This document shows positions 51,916-60,542 of a stretch of 62,509 nt of DNA, in pieces. This DNA is from a virus (taxonomy: Duplodnaviria; Caudoviricetes). The notes under the pieces were generated by a model that worked only from the letters and a program-made list of their open reading frames with translations, did not search any database and was not told where the DNA came from. Every line of letters begins with the position of its first letter. The first letter of the stretch is position 1. The DNA lies in the IMG/VR virus record IMGVR_UViG_3300037452_000138, positions 1 through 62,509 of that record; one strand, given 5' to 3'. The position numbers and the translations under genes are program-made.

Positions 51916-52172
51916 CCGACGATCAACACCCGTTCGATCCCTCCGAAGCCCGCGCCCGCCTGTTCGACGAGATGGCCGCCCAGATACGGCTGAACAAGGA
52001 CGCCAAGTTCGGTGGCGCGTTCCTGATGATCCCGCCGGATGTCGGCGAGCCGTTTTCGAGCCTGATGCTGAATCAGGAGGAACCGTCGATCTTCTGGGCC
52101 GCCGTCAAGACCTTGGCCGACGTCGCCATGGGCCAACTGGATCGCCAGCAGCGGCAGGGGTTCGGCAGGTGA
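51912..52172 (+). CDS. Hypothetical protein
   Basis: High GC3; coupled to its neighbours. Confidence 0.65.
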   Translation: MTDDQHPFDPSEARARLFDEMAAQIRLNKDAKFGGAFLMIPPDVGEPFSSLMLNQEEPSIFWAAVKTLADVAMGQLDRQQRQGFGR

Positions 52173-52597
52173 GTAAGCCGTCATGGTGGACCAGTGATCA
52201 TTGGGCTACGCCTGAGTCCTTAGTGCGCGGCCTCGAAGCCGAGTTTGGAAGATTTGATCTCGATCCGTGTTGCCGGATTGAAACGGCGAAAGCGCCGCTC
52301 TGCTTTACGGAAGAAGATGACGGCCTTGCACAGGAATGGTTCGGTAGGGTGTTTATGAACCCGCCGTTTAGCAAGCCCGCCCCATGGCTGACCAAAGCGG
52401 CCAAGGAGGTTGCCGACCGCCGAGCCCGATTGGTAGTGGCTCTGCTTCCCGTTCGGACAGACACACGTTGGTTTCACGATTTGGTTTTGGGCAAAGCCGA
52501 ACTTCGATTCGTGAAAGGGCGAATCAAATGGATAGGCTGGCAGGGAACGCCGATTCCCGCTCCTAAAGATCCGAGCATGTTTGCCGTATATCGCTAA
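52169..52597 (+). CDS. Phage DNA N6-adenine methyltransferase
   Basis: WATP, FDLDPC, DDGL..W, NPPF, LLPVRTDTRWFH. Confidence 0.85.
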   Translation: MSKPSWWTSDHWATPESLVRGLEAEFGRFDLDPCCRIETAKAPLCFTEEDDGLAQEWFGRVFMNPPFSKPAPWLTKAAKEVADRRARLVVALLPVRTDTRWFHDLVLGKAELRFVKGRIKWIGWQGTPIPAPKDPSMFAVYR

Positions 52598-52678
52598 CAG
52601 CCGCGACAGATCGGTTTCGGAGGCGGACCAAGGTCCGGATCGGGTATGTCGCTGCCGTTGTAAAAGCGCGAGGGCGTG

Positions 52679-52930
52679 TTATCGAGCGGGAAAGTGCATC
52701 AGACCACCCCCGGAGCCGATCAGGCAGGAGATCAGCGCGAAGATGATATAGACGCACATGATCGCGACCACGGCCCACAGCACGATGTTGATGATCTGGG
52801 CAACCAGCGGGATGCCGATCAGGCCCATCAAATAGGGTACCAGCAGGCGGATGATGGAGACGATCGCAATAACCATGATCAGCCAGATGCAGAGTTGTTC
52901 AATCCACGCAAGTGAGAAACAGCCGCCCAT
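52679..52930 (-). CDS. Small membrane protein
   Basis: GGAGG SD; 2-3 TM segments. Confidence 0.75.
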   Translation of the reverse strand: MGGCFSLAWIEQLCIWLIMVIAIVSIIRLLVPYLMGLIGIPLVAQIINIVLWAVVAIMCVYIIFALISCLIGSGGGLMHFPAR

Positions 52931-52973
52931 GGCGTAGTCCTCCGGGGGTTAGATGCTTTGAACACCTTATGCG

Positions 52974-53002
52974 TTGATAAGTTCCCCCGTCTGTCCTAAA
53001 TT
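52974..53002 (+). promoter_or_regulatory. Promoter for terminase (probably leaderless transcript)
   Basis: TTGATA-N17-TAAATT, 6 nt before the ATG. Confidence 0.55.
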
Positions 53003-53008
53003 GCTCAC

Positions 53009-54925
53009 ATGGCAGGCTGGTCCCACCAAAAACGAGAGGCGTTCGAGGAAGCGTTTTATGCGTTTCTCGCCAAGTGCCGGATCAATTCGAAGAATCTCGG
53101 CTTCGTCTCCCTCGGCGACAACCTCTACTACGGCCAGAAGCGGTTTATTACCGCGGTGCTCGACGGGCTGGAGGAAGACAAGCACGACATCTACGTCCTG
53201 AAATCCCGCCAGCTCGGCATCACCACGATCGCCCGCGCCCTTTCCACTTTCTACCTCGGCATCCACCGCGGCCTGTCCGGCGCCCTGGTGTTCGATTCGA
53301 ATGAGAACAAGAACCTGGCGCGTGACGAACTGGTTACCATGATCAGCGACCTGCCGGACACGCTGAAATTCCCGCCGATCAAGAAGGACAATCGGGATGG
53401 CCTCACCCTCAACAATAATTCAAAAATCCTGTTCAAGTCCGCAGGCGTCAAGAAAACAAAAACGTCCGGTACCCTGGGCCGTTCGGCCGGTCTTACCCTT
53501 AGTCACGGATCCGAACTCTGCTCTTGGGATAACGACGAAGGACTGGTCTCCTATCGTAGGTCGCTTTCCGACAGTCATCCTGACCGGCTTTACATCTGGG
53601 AATCCACCGCTCGCGGTCCTAACGCATGGCAAGACATGTGGTACGAGGCACGAGCCGACGTAAACCACTGCATCTGCGTTTTCATTGGGTGGTGGGCGCA
53701 TGATGGTCAGCGCATCGAGCAGGACAGCAAGGACTGGGAGTTCTACGGCGTCCAGCCTCCCACCACCGACGAGCAGAAAAAAATCGACAGGGTCAAGGAG
53801 CTTTACGATTTCGACATTTCGCAGGAGCAGCTTGCGTGGTACCGCCGACTGGTTGATCCGGCTTCTCGCGATAGTGGTGATACTGACGCTGGTTTTGAGG
53901 CAAATCAGTACCAGAAGCAGGAAGACCCGTGGGATGAGGACGAGGCTTTCCAGATTACGGGAAGCGTGTTCTTCTCGGGCGAGAGCCTGAAGGATCAGTC
54001 CGACAAGTACGTTTCGAACAAGTTCAAGTCCTATATGTTCCTGCCGGGCACCGAGTTCTGCGATCTCAAGGTTTATCCGGCCGAGACCTCCCGCAACATC
54101 GAGTTGAAGGTGTGGGAGCCGCCGCAGCGTGAGGCGGTGTACTCGTTCAGCATCGATCCTGCTTTCGGTGAGAACGAGAACAACGATCGTTCCAGCTTCC
54201 AGGTGCTGCGTTGCTATTCCGACGGGGTGGATCAGGTTGCCGAGTACGCCTACCCGCTGATATCGACCAAGCACTTCGCATGGGTGATCGCCGCGGTGAT
54301 GGGCTGGTACGGCGCCGAGCCGCTGACCGAGATATTCTGGATTCTCGAACTAAATGGTCCCGGTAGTGCCGTGCTAGATGAGATGAAGGGGCTTAAATTC
54401 CAGATCGAGAATTCCTATGCGCCGCTGTCGGAGCAGGGACTGCGCAACATTTTTCACAACGTGAAGCAGTACATTCACGCTCGCCCGGACTCGATGACGG
54501 GCGGTAGTGCATGGCATTGGAAAACGTCCGGACAGAATAAGATCATGATCCTGGAAAAATTCCGGGCACTGGTCGGCAATGGCCAAATGCATATTAGGTC
54601 GCAGGAACTGATCCGGGAGATGCAGCGGGTGGCGCGGGATGGTGACACCATCAAGGCCACGGGTACCGGGGACGCCGGGAAAGACGACCGGACCCTGGCC
54701 GGGGCGCTCGGGGTTCACAACTGGGATATCAAGATAAGGCGTAATCTGATCGTGCAGAAGCGGTCGCGGGAGGCCGAGAAGGTCAAGAAGTTGCGCAGTG
54801 TGATTGACCAGACGCAGTTGTTCAATCAGAACATGATGGCGGCGTTCATGGGCAACAAGCAGCAGACCCGGATGCAGGCGCAGCGGCTGGCGATGAAAAA
54901 TGCATGGCGATACGGTCGGAGATAG
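53009..54925 (+). CDS. terL: Terminase large subunit
   Basis: LKSRQLGITT, HGSE, ESTARG, IDPAFG, KDDR. Confidence 0.9.
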   Translation: MAGWSHQKREAFEEAFYAFLAKCRINSKNLGFVSLGDNLYYGQKRFITAVLDGLEEDKHDIYVLKSRQLGITTIARALSTFYLGIHRGLSGALVFDSNENKNLARDELVTMISDLPDTLKFPPIKKDNRDGLTLNNNSKILFKSAGVKKTKTSGTLGRSAGLTLSHGSELCSWDNDEGLVSYRRSLSDSHPDRLYIWESTARGPNAWQDMWYEARADVNHCICVFIGWWAHDGQRIEQDSKDWEFYGVQPPTTDEQKKIDRVKELYDFDISQEQLAWYRRLVDPASRDSGDTDAGFEANQYQKQEDPWDEDEAFQITGSVFFSGESLKDQSDKYVSNKFKSYMFLPGTEFCDLKVYPAETSRNIELKVWEPPQREAVYSFSIDPAFGENENNDRSSFQVLRCYSDGVDQVAEYAYPLISTKHFAWVIAAVMGWYGAEPLTEIFWILELNGPGSAVLDEMKGLKFQIENSYAPLSEQGLRNIFHNVKQYIHARPDSMTGGSAWHWKTSGQNKIMILEKFRALVGNGQMHIRSQELIREMQRVARDGDTIKATGTGDAGKDDRTLAGALGVHNWDIKIRRNLIVQKRSREAEKVKKLRSVIDQTQLFNQNMMAAFMGNKQQTRMQAQRLAMKNAWRYGRR

Positions 54926-54927
54926 GC

Positions 54928-55050
54928 ATGGGACACGTCATAACGCTAGGTGATGTTTTAATGTTTTCAGGCGCTGTAATCGGATTGATTGCTGTGCTGG
55001 GCATATTGATTTTTGTTCTGTCAGCGATAGCGGCGGGGTTTAAGGACTAA
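54928..55050 (+). CDS. Small membrane protein (40 aa, not in track)
   Basis: GGAG SD; TAATG coupling; one TM segment. Confidence 0.5.
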   Translation: MGHVITLGDVLMFSGAVIGLIAVLGILIFVLSAIAAGFKD

Positions 55051-55589
55051 TGGCAATCTTATTGAAGTGTCCCGCTTGCCGGGAAAAATTCAAGTACGAC
55101 GTCACCGACGGATGGCCCGACGCCTGTCCGATCTGCCACACCAACATCAGCAACAAGCGCGACGATGACGATGTGGTTGTCCCCAACATCCTGTCGTTCA
55201 AGACCAAGAACAACGACAAGGTGGCGCGCGACATCATGAACGGGTCGGAGACGCGGGCCGAACTGGCGGCCGGCATGGCCGGTGTCCCGGTGTCCGAGAT
55301 GTCGGGGCTCAAGATCACCGACCTCAACGACCGCAACGACTCGCTGTTTGCGACGCGGGACATCGTCAATCCGGTCACCCAGCAGATGGACATGATCAAG
55401 GCCTGTGGCGGCCAGGTCGGGTTCGGCGCCACCCAAGCCGCGGAATTCGCCGCCAACGCCCACACCAACGTGGAGCCCTACGCTGGCGCCCGCGCCCGTA
55501 ACCGGATACAGAATGCGTTGCGGCCGATCGGCCAGGCTCCGCTGCCGCGCGAGATCGCGGATAATCCGAACTACAGGTCGCGTGTATGA
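55050..55589 (+). CDS. Zn-ribbon protein
   Basis: CPAC...CPIC; lies between terminase and portal. Confidence 0.7.
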   Translation: MAILLKCPACREKFKYDVTDGWPDACPICHTNISNKRDDDDVVVPNILSFKTKNNDKVARDIMNGSETRAELAAGMAGVPVSEMSGLKITDLNDRNDSLFATRDIVNPVTQQMDMIKACGGQVGFGATQAAEFAANAHTNVEPYAGARARNRIQNALRPIGQAPLPREIADNPNYRSRV

Positions 55590-57304
55590 TCCCGCTTCCG
55601 ACAGGCGAAAAAGAACTCATCCCCGTTGCGAATGAGTTGATCGAGACCTGCCGGGTCAGTCAGGGCAACCGTACCGCCTACTACCGCCTGCTGAATCAGA
55701 TAGCCGAGACCGGCAGGCCCGACGGCTCGAAGGCGCTCATCAACATGATGAACACGCACCTCGAGCGCACCGCCTCCCACCTGTATTCCCCCGTGGAATT
55801 GAAATTCGCCTATGACTTCGACAACGAATACAAGCCCGACACCATCAAGCGCGGACAGGTCGCGGCAAAACACCTGACCCGGCACTGGGAGCGATCCGCG
55901 ACCGGCACCCTGTTCGGGCAGGGTGTGTTCGAGGGGCTAAAATACGGCTGTGCGCTGCTGAAGCAGTGGCCGAAATCCGAGGGGTCGGTTGGCAAGGAGC
56001 GCATTTCCTACGAGAAAAAACTGGTGATGCCGTGGAATTTCGGTGTCTACCGCGAGAGCGAGAGCGACATCGAGAACCAGGAGGCGATGTGCGAGACCTC
56101 GTACCTCACCGGCCCGGAGGTGTGGCAGCGCATCTGGCGCTTTCCCAAGGCGGAAAAGCTGTTCGAGCAGATCATGACCCACGCCCAGATGGGGCAATCG
56201 ACCGGCAGCGGGCCGGATAGTTTTTTCCATCAGGTGCTGTCGACATCCCAACTCAACACCGGTGTGCAAAGCGCGACGCGCCCGCTGCCGGGCGGCATCG
56301 TGCAGATGGGCAACGATCCGAATTACCCGACCATCAGCCCGACCGACGGGGCGCCGACGGTCAAATTTCAGGAGTTGTGGGTCAAGGGCGAGGACGATTA
56401 CCAGACCATCCAGATGATCGAGCCCGACATCCTGATCACCCGGTTCAAGCTGTCAAATCTGACGGGCATCGAACACGCGCAGCCGTACCGGCTGATCCAG
56501 CCGAATCCGATGGTGAACTGGTTCTGGGGCCGCAGCGAGTTGATCGACCTGATCGAGCCGCAGGGGTTCCTGGCGCAGTTATGCGACGACCTGAAGCGGC
56601 TGATCGGGCTGCAGATCGACAAGATACTGTCGTTTTCCGGCGAGAACACCATGACCGACGAGGCTTACGGCCAGTTCCGACTCGCCGGGTACTGGAACGG
56701 CGGGCCGAATTCGAAGGTCGAGGATCTGACACCGAAATTTCCGGCCGAGTTGCTGCCGATCATCAAGTACGTGCAGGAGCAGATCAACACGCTCGGCAGT
56801 TTCCCCGACATCATGCAGGGCAAGGGCGAGTCCGGGGTGCGCGCCGGCGTTCACGCCAACACGCTGCTCAAGACGGCTTCGCCGACGCTGCGAGATCGGG
56901 CGCTGCTGGTCGAACAGCAGTTGGCGTCGTGCGCCGACCTCACGATGACGATGATGGAGGCGAAGGAAAACCGGAAGTTCTGGACCGACCCGGAGAAGAT
57001 GGACGATAATTTCATGCTGACGGACCTGCCGGAAGACTGGAGGGTCACGGTGGACAGCCATTCGTCGAGCCCGATCTTCTCGGACGAGACCACGCAGTTG
57101 CTGTTCGCACTTCGGAAGACCGGCGATATCGACGGTGAGTTCATGATCGACAACACTGCGGTGCCGAACAAGGAGAACGCCAAGGCCCAGTTGCGCGAGC
57201 GCAAGAAGGCGGGGCAGGCAATGCAGAAGGAACTGTTCGGCCAGCTATCGCCGGAAGGCAAGGACAAGGCGATCGAGAAGATGCTGGGTGGAAAGCATCA
57301 CTGA
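55586..57304 (+). CDS. Portal protein
   Basis: 572 aa, after the terminase; FWGRSE..L, MQGKGESGVR. Confidence 0.75.
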   Translation: MIPLPTGEKELIPVANELIETCRVSQGNRTAYYRLLNQIAETGRPDGSKALINMMNTHLERTASHLYSPVELKFAYDFDNEYKPDTIKRGQVAAKHLTRHWERSATGTLFGQGVFEGLKYGCALLKQWPKSEGSVGKERISYEKKLVMPWNFGVYRESESDIENQEAMCETSYLTGPEVWQRIWRFPKAEKLFEQIMTHAQMGQSTGSGPDSFFHQVLSTSQLNTGVQSATRPLPGGIVQMGNDPNYPTISPTDGAPTVKFQELWVKGEDDYQTIQMIEPDILITRFKLSNLTGIEHAQPYRLIQPNPMVNWFWGRSELIDLIEPQGFLAQLCDDLKRLIGLQIDKILSFSGENTMTDEAYGQFRLAGYWNGGPNSKVEDLTPKFPAELLPIIKYVQEQINTLGSFPDIMQGKGESGVRAGVHANTLLKTASPTLRDRALLVEQQLASCADLTMTMMEAKENRKFWTDPEKMDDNFMLTDLPEDWRVTVDSHSSSPIFSDETTQLLFALRKTGDIDGEFMIDNTAVPNKENAKAQLRERKKAGQAMQKELFGQLSPEGKDKAIEKMLGGKHH

Positions 57305-57546
57305 TGCCGATAATTAGCGGCTATGTAGACAGATAGAGGTTGATAGTTAGCTGCGCGACCCTGTTCGCACGCTAAAATTTTTCCAATTTCAGCCCAACTG
57401 AATCCTTCGTGTTTTAATTTCCAAGCCCGCTTGGTATCAATCCGGGTTCGTCGCGGCGCGCGAAGTTCTTCTTCGTGCAGGGGAGCTAGTTCGACCCCGT
57501 CGAAGTTATTTTCATCGGGGTCGAATCCTGCGTAGCGGGTTATCAC
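57298..57546 (-). CDS. Small HTH-containing protein
   Basis: AWKLKHEGFSWAEIGKIL; ATGA overlap. Confidence 0.55.
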   Translation of the reverse strand: MITRYAGFDPDENNFDGVELAPLHEEELRAPRRTRIDTKRAWKLKHEGFSWAEIGKILACEQGRAANYQPLSVYIAANYRHQ

Positions 57547-57902
57547 TGACGAAATCCCCCACCCATCGGTGTCAGCACCGGAGCGCCTTGCTGCGCGGCG
57601 CGGATCGTCGGGTCGGTGCGGGCACGGCCCTGTAGCTTGGCGGAAGCGCGGGCGTCGGCAAGGCTGCGCTCGATGCGGGCTTCCTCCATCGCGTTGATAT
57701 CTTCGAGCAAAATGCCGCTGATTTCACTTGTCGGGATAGCGAAGGCTTGTCCGAAATCGTCGGTGCCGATGAGCATCGCATCAGCCATGTTTGCTTTGGC
57801 ATCGACGTAGGTGTTGTACACGACACCGGCCTTTTCTTCCGTCTTGAAAAGAAACTGCCACTGGATCGCGTTCGGGCCGAAGTGGATGGTGAGGCTGTAC
57901 AT
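57543..57902 (-). CDS. Hypothetical protein
   Basis: AAGGA SD before MYSLTIHFG. Confidence 0.65.
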   Translation of the reverse strand: MYSLTIHFGPNAIQWQFLFKTEEKAGVVYNTYVDAKANMADAMLIGTDDFGQAFAIPTSEISGILLEDINAMEEARIERSLADARASAKLQGRARTDPTIRAAQQGAPVLTPMGGGFRQ

Positions 57903-57906
57903 CGGA

Positions 57907-58125
57907 CTATCCTTGTTTTTGGGCGCCACCATTGGCCCATGTGATGAACTCGTTTTTCGGAAAGCGAAGGCCGCCTTTTGTTTTTCCGGCGAGTCGAAAA
58001 AACGGGGGGCGGCCTTTTCGTAGTTTCAGATAGCTGTACAGCGTACCGGGGGTGACACCGATGTATCCGGCGGCTTCCTTGGCGGTGAACCACGCTCGTT
58101 CGGGTGTCGACTGACTGATTTCCAT
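57907..58125 (-). CDS. MerR/excisionase-like HTH protein
   Basis: FTAKEAAGYIGVTPGTLY...PPFFRL...LRF...W. Confidence 0.8.
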   Translation of the reverse strand: MEISQSTPERAWFTAKEAAGYIGVTPGTLYSYLKLRKGRPPFFRLAGKTKGGLRFPKNEFITWANGGAQKQG

Positions 58126-58158
58126 AAAAAACGAGCCATTCCTGCAAATCCGATGAAA

Positions 58159-58187
58159 CCAATACAAAATGCGTCGAATTTTGTCAA
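58159..58187 (-). promoter_or_regulatory. Promoter with ACAAAAT-N7-ATTTTGT inverted repeat
   Basis: TTGACA-N17-TATTGG. Confidence 0.55.
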
Positions 58188-58280
58188 TTCCACGTCTCGC
58201 CTTCTTTTCGGAACCCAACGAGGTTGTCCGGGCACACAACGTGCGATGACTTCAACCCCTAGATAGGAAAGGGCCGCCAG

Positions 58281-58325
58281 ATGTTCACCGCCAACAAGCG
58301 CAAGCACCGCAAGGGCCGGAAGTAA
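58281..58325 (+). CDS. 14-aa basic micropeptide MFTANKRKHRKGRK
   Basis: Purine-rich SD-like sequence upstream; high GC3; stop 8 nt before the next gene. Confidence 0.55.
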   Translation: MFTANKRKHRKGRK

Positions 58326-58333
58326 TTCCGCCA

Positions 58334-58723
58334 ATGCCAACCCCAGTTCCTGCAAGCCCGGGCGGACAGCCCCCGCAACCCCCCTTCGGATCGACCCAGG
58401 CAACTGGATCGACGCCGAACAAGGGTTACGAGGCTGCCGGGCTGCAGAAGCTGGGGGTCATTCTCAAGCAGATGGAAGGCGCTCTGCCCGAACTGGGCGC
58501 CAGCTCGGATGCCGGCAAGGCGCTGCTCGACTGCATGAGCAAGCTGGCCAAGTTCGTGCCGTCCGGGTCGGTGACGCCGGCCGCACAGAAGAATTCGATC
58601 GAGGCTCAGCAGCGGCAGGCCGCGCAGAGCAATCAGCAGATGCAGGCGCTCGCCCAGATGCGACAGAAAATGGCGCAAGGCGGCGGGCAGCAACAGCAAC
58701 CCGGCATGGGAGCGGCGGCGTGA
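58334..58723 (+). CDS. P/Q-rich head-module protein
   Basis: Between portal and scaffold. Confidence 0.7.
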   Translation: MPTPVPASPGGQPPQPPFGSTQATGSTPNKGYEAAGLQKLGVILKQMEGALPELGASSDAGKALLDCMSKLAKFVPSGSVTPAAQKNSIEAQQRQAAQSNQQMQALAQMRQKMAQGGGQQQQPGMGAAA

Positions 58724-58899
58724 GGGACACCCTTTTCAAGTCGTCGCAGGAAATGCCGCCGAAGAACAACAGCCCGGATGTGGTGCGCGTGGCGCAGACC
58801 ATGCCCGAACGGAACCGGAATTATCTGCCCGCCGCAATGCCGAACGACGATGCCGGCGTGGAAAACGTCGAGCGGCCCCGCCGCGGCCACGGCTACTGA
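58720..58899 (+). CDS. Small head-module protein (59 aa, not in track)
   Basis: GGAG SD, GTGA overlap; MRDTLFKSSQEMPP...RGHGY. Confidence 0.65.
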   Translation: MRDTLFKSSQEMPPKNNSPDVVRVAQTMPERNRNYLPAAMPNDDAGVENVERPRRGHGY

Positions 58900-58910
58900 A
58901 GGAGACCGCT

Positions 58911-59099
58911 ATGTCCAATTTCAACATCTTCCAGAATTCGGCGAAGTCGATCCCGACCTCGGACGACCAGATCGTCCGGGTTAGTATGGAGCAGATCGAT
59001 ATCGGCGGGCGCAAGTCGCACCTGCCGGCACAGGAGAAGTCCGGGGCGCTGACGCTCAGCCATGTGCCGAATTCCGGCACCGCGATCGGGACCAAGTAA
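58911..59099 (+). CDS. Small head-module protein (62 aa)
   Basis: AAGGAG SD. Confidence 0.75.
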   Translation: MSNFNIFQNSAKSIPTSDDQIVRVSMEQIDIGGRKSHLPAQEKSGALTLSHVPNSGTAIGTK

Positions 59100-59102
59100 G
59101 TC

Positions 59103-59708
59103 ATGGCCAAGACAGTCGAGGTCGACGAGGCCGAGTACAACCAGATGGTCGCGCTGCGAGGCGTGGCCGCCAAGATAGTGGCCAAGCCGGAATCCCGGCG
59201 GCTGCTCGAGCAGGCCCAGAAACTGGTTGATCCGAACGCGCCGACCCCGCTGCTCGACCAGGATGCGCAGCACCTCGCGCCGGTCAACGCACTCAAGACG
59301 GAACTGAGCGAGCAGATCGCCGCGCTGAAGAAAGAGCGCGATGACGAGAAGCGCGAGCAGACCCTGGCCAAGATCGCCTCCGACCAGGAACGGGCTTTTG
59401 GCCGCCTGAAGACCCAGCACCACTATACCGATGAAGGTGTCGAAGCCGTCCGCAAGCTGATGGAGGCCAAGGGCATCATCGATGTCGACGACGCGGTCGC
59501 CATTTTCGAGCGTTCGAATCCGCCGCAGATGCCGGTCACGCCCGGCGGCGGCCTCACGGGCGACAAGTGGAATTTTGCCGACACCACCGGGGCCGACAAG
59601 GCCATCGCGGATCTCATCGCCAGTAAAGGCGACGGGGGGATGGCGGACGCCATCGTTAACCGGATGGCGAACGAAACCCTGGTTGAGTTGCGGGGAGGTC
59701 GTCGCTGA
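59103..59708 (+). CDS. Putative capsid scaffolding protein
   Basis: Charged coiled coil upstream of the capsid gene. Confidence 0.6.
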   Translation: MAKTVEVDEAEYNQMVALRGVAAKIVAKPESRRLLEQAQKLVDPNAPTPLLDQDAQHLAPVNALKTELSEQIAALKKERDDEKREQTLAKIASDQERAFGRLKTQHHYTDEGVEAVRKLMEAKGIIDVDDAVAIFERSNPPQMPVTPGGGLTGDKWNFADTTGADKAIADLIASKGDGGMADAIVNRMANETLVELRGGRR

Positions 59709-60465
59709 GATGACTGATCGGTCGCAATTCGTAGCCGGCGGCAGCCGCGAACTCGGGGTACAAGGTCAGTATCTCGATGGCGAATTGCACCTTGTCGACC
59801 ACACGCTGGCCGGGGCCGTGGCGGCTGGAGAAAAGCTCGAGGTTTTCATCGCGGTTGTCAGCGCGAATGCCGTTGATGTGATGCACAGTCTCTTCAGGAC
59901 GCAGATCACGTCCAAGTCGCTTCGACATGACGTAGCGGTGTTCCATAATATGGCGTTGTCCGTTCTTGCCGCGAGCAAGTTCAGGAACATTAAGCCATAC
60001 ATATCCATGGCGTTTGGTGTGTTTTTTGTACCCGCCGTTTTCAAACTTGTGCAGTGCTTTTTTTCTTTGTGCATCAACTTTGCAGTTGTGATTACAGTAT
60101 TTCTGTTGTTCGTAGAGGCGACCGCCCGGTTTACGGCGTTTTGGGTTTTCTTTGCCGCACGACAGACACACGAAAGTGTTGCCCGATTCGCTTGTTTTGC
60201 GGCGGCCAGCGCCCGAGCACTGTCGAGAGCAGTACCAAGGATCTCGTCCATATTTCTTGTGGTACGCAGCAACAAAGTTTTTCATCATCGAAAATACCTT
60301 ACCGCATTCGCGGCAGGTGAAATTCAACGGCGTTCGTCTTTCGGCAGGAATGCCCTTGGAGAAGCGGTGCGCACTTCGGCAGGCGAGGCCGCAATACCTC
60401 CTGTTTTCGCTAGGGAAACAGGTAAAAGGCTGCTGGCAGTTTTCACAGACTTTCTCAATCGGCAC
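59656..60465 (-). CDS. Zn-finger-repeat HNH homing endonuclease
   Basis: Three CxxC...YC..xC modules; MEHRYVM...VHHINGIRADNRDENLEL; AAGGAG SD before GTG 60465; TTGACA-N17-CAAGAT upstream. Confidence 0.85.
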   Translation of the reverse strand: MPIEKVCENCQQPFTCFPSENRRYCGLACRSAHRFSKGIPAERRTPLNFTCRECGKVFSMMKNFVAAYHKKYGRDPWYCSRQCSGAGRRKTSESGNTFVCLSCGKENPKRRKPGGRLYEQQKYCNHNCKVDAQRKKALHKFENGGYKKHTKRHGYVWLNVPELARGKNGQRHIMEHRYVMSKRLGRDLRPEETVHHINGIRADNRDENLELFSSRHGPGQRVVDKVQFAIEILTLYPEFAAAAGYELRPISHLSDDLPATQPGFRSPSG

Positions 60466-60542
60466 AGTGAGACTCCTTTGTTTGGCGATAAAGGCATCTT
60501 GCTGCTGTCGATTGAGAATGTCAAGTAAATAGGTACAGAGAA

